64,000 bases of DNA, taken from NCBI GenBank assembly GCA_944363635.1, contig CALVUP010000002.1, positions 21,974-85,973 on the forward strand, given 5' to 3'. This document shows positions 39,628-50,063 of the stretch, piece after piece (the first letter of the stretch is position 1; each line of letters opens with the position of its first letter). The position numbers were made by a program, and so were the translations under genes. This stretch comes from an uncultured Bacilli bacterium. Its GTDB lineage: Bacteria; Bacillota_I; Bacilli_A; RF39; UBA660. Below the pieces are notes generated by a model. The model worked only from the letters and a program-made list of their open reading frames with translations. It did not search any database and was not told the origin of the DNA.

Positions 39628-39694
39628 AAATTATTATATCAAAAAAAAAGAATTGGTACAACATCCTTTTCATGTATTTTATGGAATCGTAAAA

Positions 39695-40396
39695 TTATTC
39701 GATATCATCATCTTTAGGATCTCTATGTGATTCTTTGTCTTTTTTCCATCCTACGGAGTATACATCTGGTTCCATGCTCATTCGATTCATAATTTTATCG
39801 ATTTTAAATGCAGAATTATTGCTAATTTCAATACTAGCAATAATTTTTACTTTATCTTCTTCACTAATATTTTCAATATCATCAAGCATAACTTCTTCTC
39901 TATTTAATCTTTGTAAAAGTAAAGTACGAATAACAACAGCCTTTTTTGGGCTACAAGCAATCGTTAAAATAAATTTTTTTGTTGTATTGTTTTTATCTAC
40001 CATTCGATTCGCAAATATACGTAAGATTACATTACTAAATAAAATGAACAAAGTTCCAACAACAGCTTCAAATATCATTCCAGAAGCTGTAAGAACACCT
40101 AGTGCTGCATTGCACCATAAAGTAGCCGCTGTATTTAATCCACGAATATTTTTTCCTTCTCTTAAAATGACTCCGGCACCCAAAAAACCCATACCAGAAA
40201 CAATCTGTGCTGGAATACGTGTAATATCCGCATCTACAAAGTGAAACCCTACACTCGTAAATAAGAAAGAACCAATACATACAAGTACATTTGTCCTAAG
40301 GCCAATCGTTCTTCTTCTATATTGTCTTTCAAACCCAATAATAAAACTAAGTATAAAGCAAATTCCAATTCGAATTAAAAAAACTTTAGAATCCAT
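39695..40396 (-). CDS. mgtC: MgtC/SapB family membrane protein
   Basis: GFERQ, GMGFLGAGVI and GLNTAATLW motifs. Confidence 0.8.
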   Translation of the reverse strand: MDSKVFLIRIGICFILSFIIGFERQYRRRTIGLRTNVLVCIGSFLFTSVGFHFVDADITRIPAQIVSGMGFLGAGVILREGKNIRGLNTAATLWCNAALGVLTASGMIFEAVVGTLFILFSNVILRIFANRMVDKNNTTKKFILTIACSPKKAVVIRTLLLQRLNREEVMLDDIENISEEDKVKIIASIEISNNSAFKIDKIMNRMSMEPDVYSVGWKKDKESHRDPKDDDIE

Positions 40397-40520
40397 CGTT
40401 CACCTCCGAGATTTTTAATTATAACATAAATTTATTCACAAAGAAAGAAAAACATACAAAATTATAGGAAAGAAGAAAGTAAAATGTGTTATAATTACTA
40501 AGGAAGAAAGGAAGTGCTTT

Positions 40521-41084
40521 ATGAAAGTATTATTAGGAGTATCAAACAAGCATGTTCATTTAAGTGAAGAAGATTATAAAATTTTATTTAATGACATGCC
40601 AATAGAAAAAGTTAAAGATTTGGTTCAACCAGGACAATTTGCGTCCAATTTATTTGTTGATGTAAAAACAGAGGCAGGAGAATTAAAACATTTACGTGTT
40701 TTAGGACCAATTCGAAGTTACACACAAGTAGAACTTGCCAAAACAGACAGTTTTAAATTAAAAATTAACCCACCTGTTCGTGAATCGGGGAATCTAGAAG
40801 GAGCAAGTCAAGTGACATTAGTAGGCCCAAACGGTGAAGTAACAAAAGAATGTGCAATTCTTGCCAATAGACATATACATGTTAATGAAGCCATTAGAAA
40901 AGAATATGGACTTGTTGGAGTAGAAAAAGTAAAAGTAGTGATGCCGGGAGAAAAAGGTGCAATATTTGATAATGTGTATTTAAAAGATGCAGAACCCGCT
41001 GCTTTTGAATTTCATATTGATACAGATGATGCTAATGCAACGCTTGCTAAAACAGGTGATTATGTAGAAGTAATAGTAGACTAA
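40521..41084 (+). CDS. PduL-type phosphate acyltransferase
   Basis: Two PduL repeats, GVSNKHVHLS and ILANRHIHV, 187 aa. Confidence 0.6.
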   Translation: MKVLLGVSNKHVHLSEEDYKILFNDMPIEKVKDLVQPGQFASNLFVDVKTEAGELKHLRVLGPIRSYTQVELAKTDSFKLKINPPVRESGNLEGASQVTLVGPNGEVTKECAILANRHIHVNEAIRKEYGLVGVEKVKVVMPGEKGAIFDNVYLKDAEPAAFEFHIDTDDANATLAKTGDYVEVIVD

Positions 41085-41152
41085 CTATTGCTTTTTTATT
41101 GTTTTAAAATATGATTTAAGATATAATAAAATTAATCAGGGAGGTTTTTCGT

Positions 41153-42118
41153 ATGTCAAATATTAAAGAAATAGAAGAATTAAAAGAATTAAAACAAAGA
41201 GTCGAGAAATTAAATGAGGAAATCATACAATATTCTGTGTATCCAAGTAAAGCCTTAGCTAAATCTTTTGCCAAATTGCTTACAACCTTTGGACAACAAA
41301 CTTTTTATGTTTCGGCTGAATATTCTAATACGTATAGCATTTATTATAACTATTATGGACAGCATTTCATTTTTAGCTTATATAATAATGCTCCAGGTTG
41401 CAGTAAATATATCAAAACATCTAAAGAACAGACTGTCTTTTGCCCAGCAGACTATAAAGGCATAGATTCTTATTATCGTAAACAACGATTGCCAATGTAT
41501 ATCTATAATTTTATTGATTATGCATTTAAACAAAGAGTAGAGAAAAACTTGGTAAACATTACAGAGGAAGAGTTGGATGTAATTGTAGAGGAATATATTA
41601 AAAATGTTAAAGAGGAACAGGCTCAAAAAGCTAAAACTAAAGAGCAAATAGAAAAAGAAAAACAAAGAATCTCTTTTGAAAAAACATGTATGGTAGATCG
41701 AGAAAGCATTTTTTATGCGATTGAGAGTATAATTACAAAGAGTGATGAAAAAGCTTATAGTGGCGTACATTATGGTAAGCAAAAAGATAAAACGAAAAAA
41801 GAAAGCACTTTTTTAGTTACCAATAGTCTTTATATTTTACTAAATGGGAGACTAAAAGACTATCGAACACTATTAGATACTGTGCAAGAACAAGAGGAAG
41901 ATAAAGTAGTAATTGATAAAAACAAAGTACCATATATTAATTTTTTTGATTTAAAGAATTATTTTTCATATGCTTATGAAAATCTAGATTGTTTTCATAA
42001 CTTTATGGATGATGTAGAATCTTTATATCAAGATAGAAAAGCGGTAGGAAAGAAAGATATTGAACTTTTATTAAGTCGCGAAAAAGAAAACAACAAAGTT
42101 AAAATGAAAACAGAATAG
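41153..42118 (+). CDS. hypothetical protein with charged coiled-coil segments
   Basis: 321 aa, strong RBS GGGAGG, K/E-rich helical stretches; no domain recognised. Confidence 0.5.
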   Translation: MSNIKEIEELKELKQRVEKLNEEIIQYSVYPSKALAKSFAKLLTTFGQQTFYVSAEYSNTYSIYYNYYGQHFIFSLYNNAPGCSKYIKTSKEQTVFCPADYKGIDSYYRKQRLPMYIYNFIDYAFKQRVEKNLVNITEEELDVIVEEYIKNVKEEQAQKAKTKEQIEKEKQRISFEKTCMVDRESIFYAIESIITKSDEKAYSGVHYGKQKDKTKKESTFLVTNSLYILLNGRLKDYRTLLDTVQEQEEDKVVIDKNKVPYINFFDLKNYFSYAYENLDCFHNFMDDVESLYQDRKAVGKKDIELLLSREKENNKVKMKTE

Positions 42119-42222
42119 CAAATACAAATTTGACTTCAATAGGAGGGCTTGTTATTATAAAAACATTTATTTAGGAGGAATTTGGTTATGGAAACATTAC
42201 ATTCATTAGGAGAATTAAAAGA

Positions 42223-42251
42223 AGTATTTCAGAAAGTTGAAATACTTTTTT
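42223..42251. terminator. bidirectional terminator shared by the 41153 gene and PBP1A
   Basis: AGTATTTC/GAAATACT 8-bp stem, 8-nt loop, then T6; abuts the PBP1A stop. Confidence 0.6.
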
Positions 42252-44205
42252 ATTCATCATTATTTGGTTCTATCTCATCGAATACAGGATCATCTGCGCT
42301 TGGTTCACTACCCTTTATATAATACATAATTTTTGCTTTTTCGTTATCTTTACTTGCAGGTTTTCCAGTAATAGGATCAACTAGTACCCCTACTACATTA
42401 TCAGGAATTTCATACCAATGATTTTCTGTTCCTTCTAAATAATCTTCCATAGCATTGATCCATATATCTTTTGTATATTTATAATCATCTGCTTTAATTG
42501 TTCGATTATCATCATAACCACACCATACAGCAGTAACAACATCTGGTGTATACCCAATATAGATACTATCAGTGTCGGTTGTTCCTGATTTTAATGCATA
42601 TGTATGCGTCATTTTTGAAGCCAAAGAAATGGCCGTAGGATAATTATAATCAATAAAAGCAGAGTCATATGTCGATGTTAATAAATTGCTTAAAATGAAG
42701 GTAATACTTTCGCTTAATACTTGGTCCTTTTCTTCTTTTGCCTCATAAAGAACTTCCCCTTTTGCATTTTCAACTTTTTTAATAAGATAGGGTTTGATTT
42801 TATATCCTCCGTTTGCAAATGCAGAATATCCCCCAACAAGTTCTTTTAAATACATTTCATAAGTTCCTAAAGGTAAAGACGCAACCGGTTCTAATTTTGA
42901 AGTGATCCCTACTCTTTTTGCTGTTTCCACAAGCATATCTTCTCCTAAAAACATATGCGTTTTAACAGCATATATATTATCTGAATAAGCAATAGCTGTT
43001 GCTAAAGAAATAGGCTTTTCTGCATATTTATCATTATAATTTTTAGGTGAATAAGTTTCGTTGTTGCTTAAAGTAAAAGTCGTTCTCTCACTTTTAAAGG
43101 CAGAAGAAGAAGTAAAACCATTTTCTAATGCGGCGTAATATAAAAAAGGTTTCATTGTTGATCCAATTTGTCTTTTTGAAGAGATGGCTCGATTGTATTC
43201 ACTCGTATTATAATCTTTGCCTCCAACAAGAGCTAGAATTTGACCATTATTTGGATCCATCATCATAGAAGCTGTTTGAATTTCTGTTTGATCATCAATT
43301 ACACTTTTTGTATTTTTTTCAAGTGCATTTTGTGCTTTCATATCCATACTGGTATAAATTTTTAATCCACCAGATTCAACTAAAGATTTTGAAATTCCAA
43401 GTTCTTCCAATTCACTATTTACAGCACTGATGTAATACATGTAATTTAAAGTTTCATCATTCTCTAAATTACCTACAATAGTTAATTCTTCTTCATAAGC
43501 CGCATCGGCTTCCTTTTGGGTAATGTATTTGTTGTCAACCATGGTGGATAAAATATATTTTTGTCTTTGTTTGGCTGCATCAAAATTATTTACTGGAGAA
43601 TAATTTGTAGGTGATTTTGGAATTCCTACTAATATGGAAGCCTCAGCTAAAGTTAGATCTTTCGCACTTTTATTAAAATAAAACTTAGAAGCTTTTTCAA
43701 TACCATACATACCATGTCCATAATTAATTGTATTTAAATACCCTTCTAGAATCTCATCTTTCGAATAATGTGCCTCTATTTCCATAGTTAACCACATTTC
43801 ATCCCATTTTCTAGACCAAGTTTGATCAAAATCTAAATATAAGTTCTTCACATATTGTTGTGAAATTGTAGAAGCCCCTTGTTTGGTACCGCTGGTTATA
43901 TTTGTAAACATCGCTTTTAGAATACGTTTAAAATCAAACCCATGATGGGAATAAAAATTTTTATCTTCACTTGAGATTGTCGCATCAATTACATTTTGAC
44001 TAATATTTTTTAAATTGGCCCAAGTACTTGTACCATTTCCTTGATAAAAAACAGTGTTGGTATTATCAAAATAAGTAATTCCTTCGCTTGAAGTAATATT
44101 AACCGTAGGTGTTAATTTTACATAAAAATAACAAAAAATGACAAAAACAAAACATAAACAAATAAAAAATAAAGAAAATTTCCATAGATTTCTAAATAAA
44201 CGCAT
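42250..44205 (-). CDS. ponA: class A penicillin-binding protein (glycosyltransferase + transpeptidase)
   Basis: GT51 motif SSEDKNFYSHHGFD, transpeptidase SxxK/KTG motifs, N-terminal TM, 651 aa. Confidence 0.9.
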   Translation of the reverse strand: MRLFRNLWKFSLFFICLCFVFVIFCYFYVKLTPTVNITSSEGITYFDNTNTVFYQGNGTSTWANLKNISQNVIDATISSEDKNFYSHHGFDFKRILKAMFTNITSGTKQGASTISQQYVKNLYLDFDQTWSRKWDEMWLTMEIEAHYSKDEILEGYLNTINYGHGMYGIEKASKFYFNKSAKDLTLAEASILVGIPKSPTNYSPVNNFDAAKQRQKYILSTMVDNKYITQKEADAAYEEELTIVGNLENDETLNYMYYISAVNSELEELGISKSLVESGGLKIYTSMDMKAQNALEKNTKSVIDDQTEIQTASMMMDPNNGQILALVGGKDYNTSEYNRAISSKRQIGSTMKPFLYYAALENGFTSSSAFKSERTTFTLSNNETYSPKNYNDKYAEKPISLATAIAYSDNIYAVKTHMFLGEDMLVETAKRVGITSKLEPVASLPLGTYEMYLKELVGGYSAFANGGYKIKPYLIKKVENAKGEVLYEAKEEKDQVLSESITFILSNLLTSTYDSAFIDYNYPTAISLASKMTHTYALKSGTTDTDSIYIGYTPDVVTAVWCGYDDNRTIKADDYKYTKDIWINAMEDYLEGTENHWYEIPDNVVGVLVDPITGKPASKDNEKAKIMYYIKGSEPSADDPVFDEIEPNNDE

Positions 44206-44316
44206 ATAAAATACCTCATTTCTTTTTTAGTATGAAAAAAACCAAAAAAAATATGTACTAAAAAAAAAGAATATGCTATAATCTGTTGTAGAAATTGACA
44301 TTGGAGGAATTTTGTA

Positions 44317-44658
44317 TTGAAAAAAAAGATTAAAGTAAAAATTAAAAATGATGAAGAAGAACAAGAAAATATTTATTCATCTATTTTTTCAGAAAATCAA
44401 ATACAATATATAGAAAAGAAAAATACAAAAGTCAAAGTGAACCGAAAAGATTTCATTTTAACAAGGGAAAACGAAGATATGAAAATGGAATATTTTTTTA
44501 AAGAGAAGAAAGGGAGTCTATTTTTAAAAAAGTATAAAAGAGTTTTGCCTATTGTACTAAAAGTAAAAAAAATTACAAATGAAAAAGAAAAACTAATAAT
44601 AGAATATGAAGTTGAAAATATGCACTTTTATTATTCTATTGATTGGAGGAAAATATGA
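44317..44658 (+). CDS. small hypothetical protein (possibly YwiB/DUF1934-like)
   Basis: 113 aa, TTG start with GGAGGA RBS, directly upstream of and overlapping argS. Confidence 0.35.
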   Translation: MKKKIKVKIKNDEEEQENIYSSIFSENQIQYIEKKNTKVKVNRKDFILTRENEDMKMEYFFKEKKGSLFLKKYKRVLPIVLKVKKITNEKEKLIIEYEVENMHFYYSIDWRKI

Positions 44659-46406
44659 GTATTATTAAAACCGTTGAAAGTATTATTACAAATGTTATAA
44701 ATGATTTAGGATATGAAGTGGAACATGTACAGTTATTAAATTCTGCTCGACCTGATTTGGGACAATTTCAAATCAATGAAGCCATGATGTTAGGTAAAAA
44801 GAATCATAAAAATCCAAGAGAAGTGGCTGAAGAGATTGTCCTTGAACTGGAAGGAAACGGAATTTTTACTAAATTAAACATTGCTGGACCTGGATTTATT
44901 AATTTATCTTTATCTGATTCTTTTTTAGAAAACAGTTTAAATAAAATGATTGATTTGAAAAGTAATAATATTGATTATCCAACTTCTAAAAAAATTATTA
45001 TTGACTATGGTGGAGCTAATATAGCAAAAGAACTTCATGTAGGACATTTAAGATCTGCAAATATTGGAGAAGCATTAAAGAGATTAGCGAGATTATTAGG
45101 AAATGAAGTGATAGGCGATGTACATTTAGGAGATTGGGGATTGCCAATGGGCCTTGTCATGAGAGAGATTAAAGAAATGCATCCAGACCTTGTTTATTTT
45201 GATGATCATTATCAAGGGGATTATCCAACCACCTCACCGGTAACGGAAGAAGAATTAGCGGTTATTTATCCACGAGCAAGCCAAAGAAAAAAAGAAGATG
45301 AAGCTTACTTAAAAGAAGCCCAAGAAATGACAGCCAAGTTGCAAGCCGGATATAAAGGTTATCGTGCTTTATGGAGACATATTGTCAATACCTCTTCCAA
45401 TGATATAAAAAAAGTGTATAAAGATTTAAATACAGAGTTTGATCTATGGTTGGGAGAAAGTGACGCTCATGATTCCATTCCTCGTATTATCGAAATTTTT
45501 AAAGAAAAAAAATTAACGAAAAAAGACGATGGAGCTTTAATTGTAGAGGTAAAAGATCCAACCGATAAAAAAGAAGTTCCCCCTATTCTACTGATAAAAT
45601 CCAATGGAGCCTCAGGATATCAAACGACCGAGATTGCTACCATTTATAATCGAGTAAGAGATTATAATCCGGACGCCATATGGTATTTAACAGATACGAG
45701 ACAAACACTACATTTTGAACAAGTGTTTCGAGCTTGTAAAAAAGCAGAGATCGTTCGAGAAGATGTTTCCTTAGAATATTTGCCATTTGGTACGATGAAT
45801 GGTCCAGATGGGAAGCCATTTAAAACAAGAGACGGTGGAGTTATGTCTTTAAAGAATTTAATTCAAATTGTTGAGGAGGAAGCCGTAAAGAAAATAAATG
45901 TCGATATCGTAGGAGAGGAGAAAAAGCAAGACACAGCGCATGCCATTGCCATTTCTACCATCAAATACGCCGATTTAATTCCTTTTCGCACTACGGATTA
46001 TATTTTTGATCCTAAAAAGTTCTCAGAGACAGAAGGAAAAACCGCAACCTATTTGCTTTATTCAACGATTCGAATGAAGTCTTTATTAACCAAAGCCAAA
46101 GCCCAAAATGAAAACATTTTAAGCTATAAAAAAGTGTTTACCGCAAGTGAAAGAGAAGTTATTTTAACTTTGCTTCAACTTCCAAAAATTCTAACAAAAT
46201 CCTATGAAACAAGAAGTTTAAATGAAATTAGTGAATTTTTATATCGATTAACAAATAGTTATAATAAGTTCTATACAGAAAATAAAATTTTAACAGAAAA
46301 CGATTTAGATAAAAAAGAATCATGGTTATTTCTATCACAAGTTGTCTATAATACGAATATAATGCTTTTAGATACCCTAGGTTTAAATATCCCAGAAAAA
46401 ATGTAA
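44655..46406 (+). CDS. argS: arginine--tRNA ligase
   Basis: HVGH class I motif, 587 aa. Start taken at MSIIKT. Confidence 0.9.
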   Translation: MSIIKTVESIITNVINDLGYEVEHVQLLNSARPDLGQFQINEAMMLGKKNHKNPREVAEEIVLELEGNGIFTKLNIAGPGFINLSLSDSFLENSLNKMIDLKSNNIDYPTSKKIIIDYGGANIAKELHVGHLRSANIGEALKRLARLLGNEVIGDVHLGDWGLPMGLVMREIKEMHPDLVYFDDHYQGDYPTTSPVTEEELAVIYPRASQRKKEDEAYLKEAQEMTAKLQAGYKGYRALWRHIVNTSSNDIKKVYKDLNTEFDLWLGESDAHDSIPRIIEIFKEKKLTKKDDGALIVEVKDPTDKKEVPPILLIKSNGASGYQTTEIATIYNRVRDYNPDAIWYLTDTRQTLHFEQVFRACKKAEIVREDVSLEYLPFGTMNGPDGKPFKTRDGGVMSLKNLIQIVEEEAVKKINVDIVGEEKKQDTAHAIAISTIKYADLIPFRTTDYIFDPKKFSETEGKTATYLLYSTIRMKSLLTKAKAQNENILSYKKVFTASEREVILTLLQLPKILTKSYETRSLNEISEFLYRLTNSYNKFYTENKILTENDLDKKESWLFLSQVVYNTNIMLLDTLGLNIPEKM

Positions 46407-46497
46407 AAAATATATTGTAATTGTATATAAAGTATGATATAAATTTAGGTGTTTATTTATAAAAAGAAAAAATTATCATTCTATGTAGGAGGAAATC

Positions 46498-46923
46498 ATG
46501 AAAAAAAGCATCTCAAATTATACAAAAGAAGAATTAGAATTGTTATCATATAAAGACATTACCTACTTAATCTTAAAAGAACAAAAGGCAACCAATACCG
46601 CAGATTTATTCCGAAAAATAATGGAGTTACTTGGTTTAACAAATAAAGACTATGAAGCAAAAATTGGTGATTATTATACATCACTAACGACAGATAAACG
46701 ATTTATCATGTTAGAAGATGGTTGTTGGGATTTAAGAGATAGACATAAATCTGATAAAATTATCAAAGTTGATGATGAAGACGATGATGATGAAATGGAT
46801 GAAATGGAATCCGAAGAAGATGCCAATACATTTGATTCTGTTGATGATGAAAACTATGAAGATACCGATGATGATTTAAAAGATTTAGTAGTTATTGATG
46901 AAGATGAAATGGATATGGAATAA
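46498..46923 (+). CDS. rpoE: RNA polymerase delta subunit
   Basis: HARE-HTH N-domain plus poly-acidic C-tail (DDEDDDDEMDEMESEED). Confidence 0.75.
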   Translation: MKKSISNYTKEELELLSYKDITYLILKEQKATNTADLFRKIMELLGLTNKDYEAKIGDYYTSLTTDKRFIMLEDGCWDLRDRHKSDKIIKVDDEDDDDEMDEMESEEDANTFDSVDDENYEDTDDDLKDLVVIDEDEMDME

Positions 46924-46949
46924 AACACCAAAGTGGTGTTTTATTCTTT
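46924..46949 (+). terminator. rho-independent terminator after rpoE
   Basis: AACACCA/TGGTGTT stem followed by a T-rich tail. Confidence 0.55.
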
Positions 46950-46983
46950 CATATGTTATAATACAAAAAGAAAGGGTGATAGG

Positions 46984-48045
46984 ATGTTTGAACGGTTAGA
47001 AGCCATCGAAGAAAAATATAATCATTTAAATCAAGAATTGATGGATCCACAAACATTGAGCAATATTACAAAAACCACTAAAATTTCAAAAGAAATCAGT
47101 GAATTAGAAGAAACAGTAAAATGTTATCAAGAATATAAAAGAGTAAAAGTTGATATAGAAGAAGTAAGCAAAATGTTAAAAGATAAAGATTTAATGGATA
47201 TGGCCAAAGAAGAATTACCCAAATTAACAGAACAACAAACAAAACTGCAACAACAATTAGAAGTTTTGTTAATTCCAAAAGATCCAAATGATTCTAAGAA
47301 TGTTATTGTAGAAATTCGAGGCGCAGCAGGAGGAGATGAAGCAAATATTTTTGCTGGAGATTTATATAGAATGTATACAAAATATGCTGAAAAACATGGA
47401 TTTAGTGTTGAAACCATCAATTCTATTGATGGGGATGCCGGTGGTTTTACAATTGTAGAATTTATGATCAAAGGGCAGGGTGCTTACTCAAAATTAAAAT
47501 ACGAAAGTGGTTCACACCGAGTACAAAGAGTTCCTGTTACAGAATCCAATGGTAGATTACAAACGTCAACAGCTACCGTCCTTGTTATGCCAGAAGCAGA
47601 AGATGTTGATATTGAAATTGATGAAAAAGATATTAAAGTAGATGTTTATCGTTCATCAGGTTGCGGTGGGCAAGGCGTCAATACGACAGATAGTGCAGTA
47701 CGAATGACACATATTCCAACAGGAATCGTTGTTACTTGCCAAAATGAAAGAAGTCAAATTAAAAATAGAGAACGTGCATTAAAAGTTTTAAAAACCAGAA
47801 TTTATGAAGCTAAATTACAAGAAGAAGAACAAAAAGCAGGAGAAACTCGAAAAAACAAAATAGGTACTGGAGACCGAGCAGAAAAAATTAGAACATACAA
47901 TTATCCTCAAAATCGTGTTACTGATCATAGAATTAATTTTACAACGAAACAATTAGATCGAGTAATGGAAGGAGATCTAGATGAAATTATTGATGCTTTA
48001 ATTTCAGAAGATCAAAGAAGAAAGCTAGCAAGCGATGAAAATTAA
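46984..48045 (+). CDS. prfA: peptide chain release factor 1
   Basis: GGQ motif SGCGGQGVNTTDSAVR and PxT-region. Start at MFERLE; the track ORF is over-extended. Confidence 0.95.
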   Translation: MFERLEAIEEKYNHLNQELMDPQTLSNITKTTKISKEISELEETVKCYQEYKRVKVDIEEVSKMLKDKDLMDMAKEELPKLTEQQTKLQQQLEVLLIPKDPNDSKNVIVEIRGAAGGDEANIFAGDLYRMYTKYAEKHGFSVETINSIDGDAGGFTIVEFMIKGQGAYSKLKYESGSHRVQRVPVTESNGRLQTSTATVLVMPEAEDVDIEIDEKDIKVDVYRSSGCGGQGVNTTDSAVRMTHIPTGIVVTCQNERSQIKNRERALKVLKTRIYEAKLQEEEQKAGETRKNKIGTGDRAEKIRTYNYPQNRVTDHRINFTTKQLDRVMEGDLDEIIDALISEDQRRKLASDEN

Positions 48046-48859
48046 TGATTTAATTGATTATGGAAATCAATATCTACATAAAGATCAAGTTAAGTTAATT
48101 ATAGGCGACATTTTAAATTATAATCCGTTAGAACTTTATAATCATCTAGAAGAAACGGTAGATGAAAAAAAATGTGAAATAATAAAAAAAGCAGTAGAAG
48201 CCATTATCAATAAAAAACCTCTTCAGTATGCTCTTGGTAGAACTGGTTTTTATGGATATACTTTCAAAGTAAATGAAAATGTTTTAATTCCTCGTTTTGA
48301 AACAGAAGAATTAGTAGAAAATACAATACAATACATTGATCAATACTTTAATAAAAAAGCAAAGATTATTGATTTAGGCTGTGGCAGTGGAGCAATTGGA
48401 ATTACCTTAAAAAAGGAAAGAAAAGATTGTGATGTGACGTTACTTGATATTAGTGAAAAAGCATTAGAAATTGCAGAGGAAAATAAAGAAAATTTACAAA
48501 CCGATGTAAAAATTATACAAGGAGATATGTTGGAACAAGTAGAGGAAAAGTTTGATATTATCATAAGCAATCCTCCATATATCAAAGAAGACGAACCAAT
48601 TGATGATTTAGTCAAAAACAACGAACCACATCTTGCTTTATATGCTAAAGACAATGGCTTGTACTACTATGATAAAATATTAAAACAGGCATCCAGTCAC
48701 TTAAATGATAAATATATTATTGCATTTGAAATTGGTTATGACCAAAAACAAGAAATCACAGAACTTGTGCATAAATATTTAAAAGATGTACGTATTCTTT
48801 GTAAAAAAGATCTTCAAGGAAGAGATCGTATGCTATTTATTTTTAAAAATTGTGAATAA
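48035..48859 (+). CDS. prmC: release factor glutamine N5-methyltransferase
   Basis: NPPY motif, HemK family. Confidence 0.85.
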   Translation: MKINDLIDYGNQYLHKDQVKLIIGDILNYNPLELYNHLEETVDEKKCEIIKKAVEAIINKKPLQYALGRTGFYGYTFKVNENVLIPRFETEELVENTIQYIDQYFNKKAKIIDLGCGSGAIGITLKKERKDCDVTLLDISEKALEIAEENKENLQTDVKIIQGDMLEQVEEKFDIIISNPPYIKEDEPIDDLVKNNEPHLALYAKDNGLYYYDKILKQASSHLNDKYIIAFEIGYDQKQEITELVHKYLKDVRILCKKDLQGRDRMLFIFKNCE

Positions 48860-48902
48860 AAAATATATAAACCGCCCAATATGAAATTGAGGTGGTTTTC
48901 TT

Positions 48903-49427
48903 ATGAAAAAACTTATATTATTTGGAATTGTTTGTTTTGCTTTGTTTTCCTTCATAAACATAAAAGAAGAAGAACTAATTATTCCGGATGAAGCGATTCG
49001 TCTTCGTGTAATTGCTTCTTCCAATTCTGTAGAAGATCAAAATATTAAAAAACAAGTACGTGACAATATTCAAAAGGAAATTGTGAAATTATCGGATGCT
49101 AAAGATATTGATCGTACAAGAGAAAATATAAAAACAAATCTAGATACAATCGAACAAATAACCAAAGAAACATTGAAAGAATTAAATGTAGATGAAGAAT
49201 ATGATATTCATTATGGATATAATTATTTTCCTGATAAAAAATATAAAGGAGTAACCTATGAAGAAGGATATTATGAATCATTGGTTATTACGCTAGGAGA
49301 AGGAAAGGGAGAAAATTTCTGGTGCGTTTTATTTCCTCCACTTTGCATGTTAGAAGCCGAAGAAACACAGACCGATGAAGTCGAATATAAATTTTATATA
49401 CAAGAATTATTAGAAAAATATTTTTAA
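48903..49427 (+). CDS. spoIIR: stage II sporulation protein R homologue
   Basis: IRLRVIASSNS and ITLGEGKGENFWCVLFPPLC match B. subtilis SpoIIR (IRLRILANSDS, ITIGEGKGENWWCVLFPPLC). Adjacent to prfA-prmC as in B. subtilis. Confidence 0.75.
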   Translation: MKKLILFGIVCFALFSFINIKEEELIIPDEAIRLRVIASSNSVEDQNIKKQVRDNIQKEIVKLSDAKDIDRTRENIKTNLDTIEQITKETLKELNVDEEYDIHYGYNYFPDKKYKGVTYEEGYYESLVITLGEGKGENFWCVLFPPLCMLEAEETQTDEVEYKFYIQELLEKYF

Positions 49428-49471
49428 GACATAAATCTATAAAACTATCGTAATATGTAAAGAGGGATATT

Positions 49472-49999
49472 ATGTTTCTAACAAATATTATGATAGCTAT
49501 TGGCTTAAGTATGGATGCCTTTTCATTAGCCATTTTATATGGTACGAGTGGCATTAACAAAAAAAACATTTCCTACTTAAGTTTTATTGTAGGAATATAT
49601 CATTTCATCATGCCAATATTAGGGTTTTATATTGGCCGATGTATATTAAAAATATTGCCTATGAAACCTGATATATTAGTCGGTAGCATTTTTTTAATAC
49701 TAGCTATTCAAATGTTTTTATCTGCTTTTAAAGAAGAAGAGGTCACGCCACTTAATAAAATAAGTGCTTTGTTTTTATTTGGATTTACGGTTAGTATTGA
49801 TAGTTTTACTGTTGGTATTGGTCTTGGAACCATCAGTCAGTCAATATTATTACCTCCAATTCTTTTTTCAATCGTAAGTTTTGGATTTACTTTTCTTGGC
49901 TTAAAATTAGGGAAATTTTTAAATCAATCTTTTGGAATCATTGCTACTATTCTTGGGAGTGTTTTATTAATGATTTTGGCGTTTTCTTATATTTTTTAG
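49472..49999 (+). CDS. MntP/YtaF-family (DUF204) membrane protein
   Basis: GLSMDAF motif, 175 aa, 5-6 TM segments. Confidence 0.5.
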   Translation: MFLTNIMIAIGLSMDAFSLAILYGTSGINKKNISYLSFIVGIYHFIMPILGFYIGRCILKILPMKPDILVGSIFLILAIQMFLSAFKEEEVTPLNKISALFLFGFTVSIDSFTVGIGLGTISQSILLPPILFSIVSFGFTFLGLKLGKFLNQSFGIIATILGSVLLMILAFSYIF

Positions 50000-50063
50000 A
50001 CACTTATACTGTAAAGTAGAGTGTTTTTTCATTGCTTTCATAAATGGAATTTTATATAATTAA

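Noticed and set aside
42188-42325. 45-codon plus-strand ORF (METLHSLGELKEVFQKVEILFYSS...) with an AGGAGG RBS
   Set aside because: It overlaps the 3' end of PBP1A on the opposite strand and contains the bidirectional terminator hairpin (42223-42251). Most likely a fortuitous ORF in the terminator region.
48860-48902. Sigma-F type promoter upstream of spoIIR
   Set aside because: Only a weak hairpin (AACCGCC/GGTGGTT) and a GGTGG RBS are evident. No convincing GYATA-15-GGnnAnAHTR match could be established by eye.
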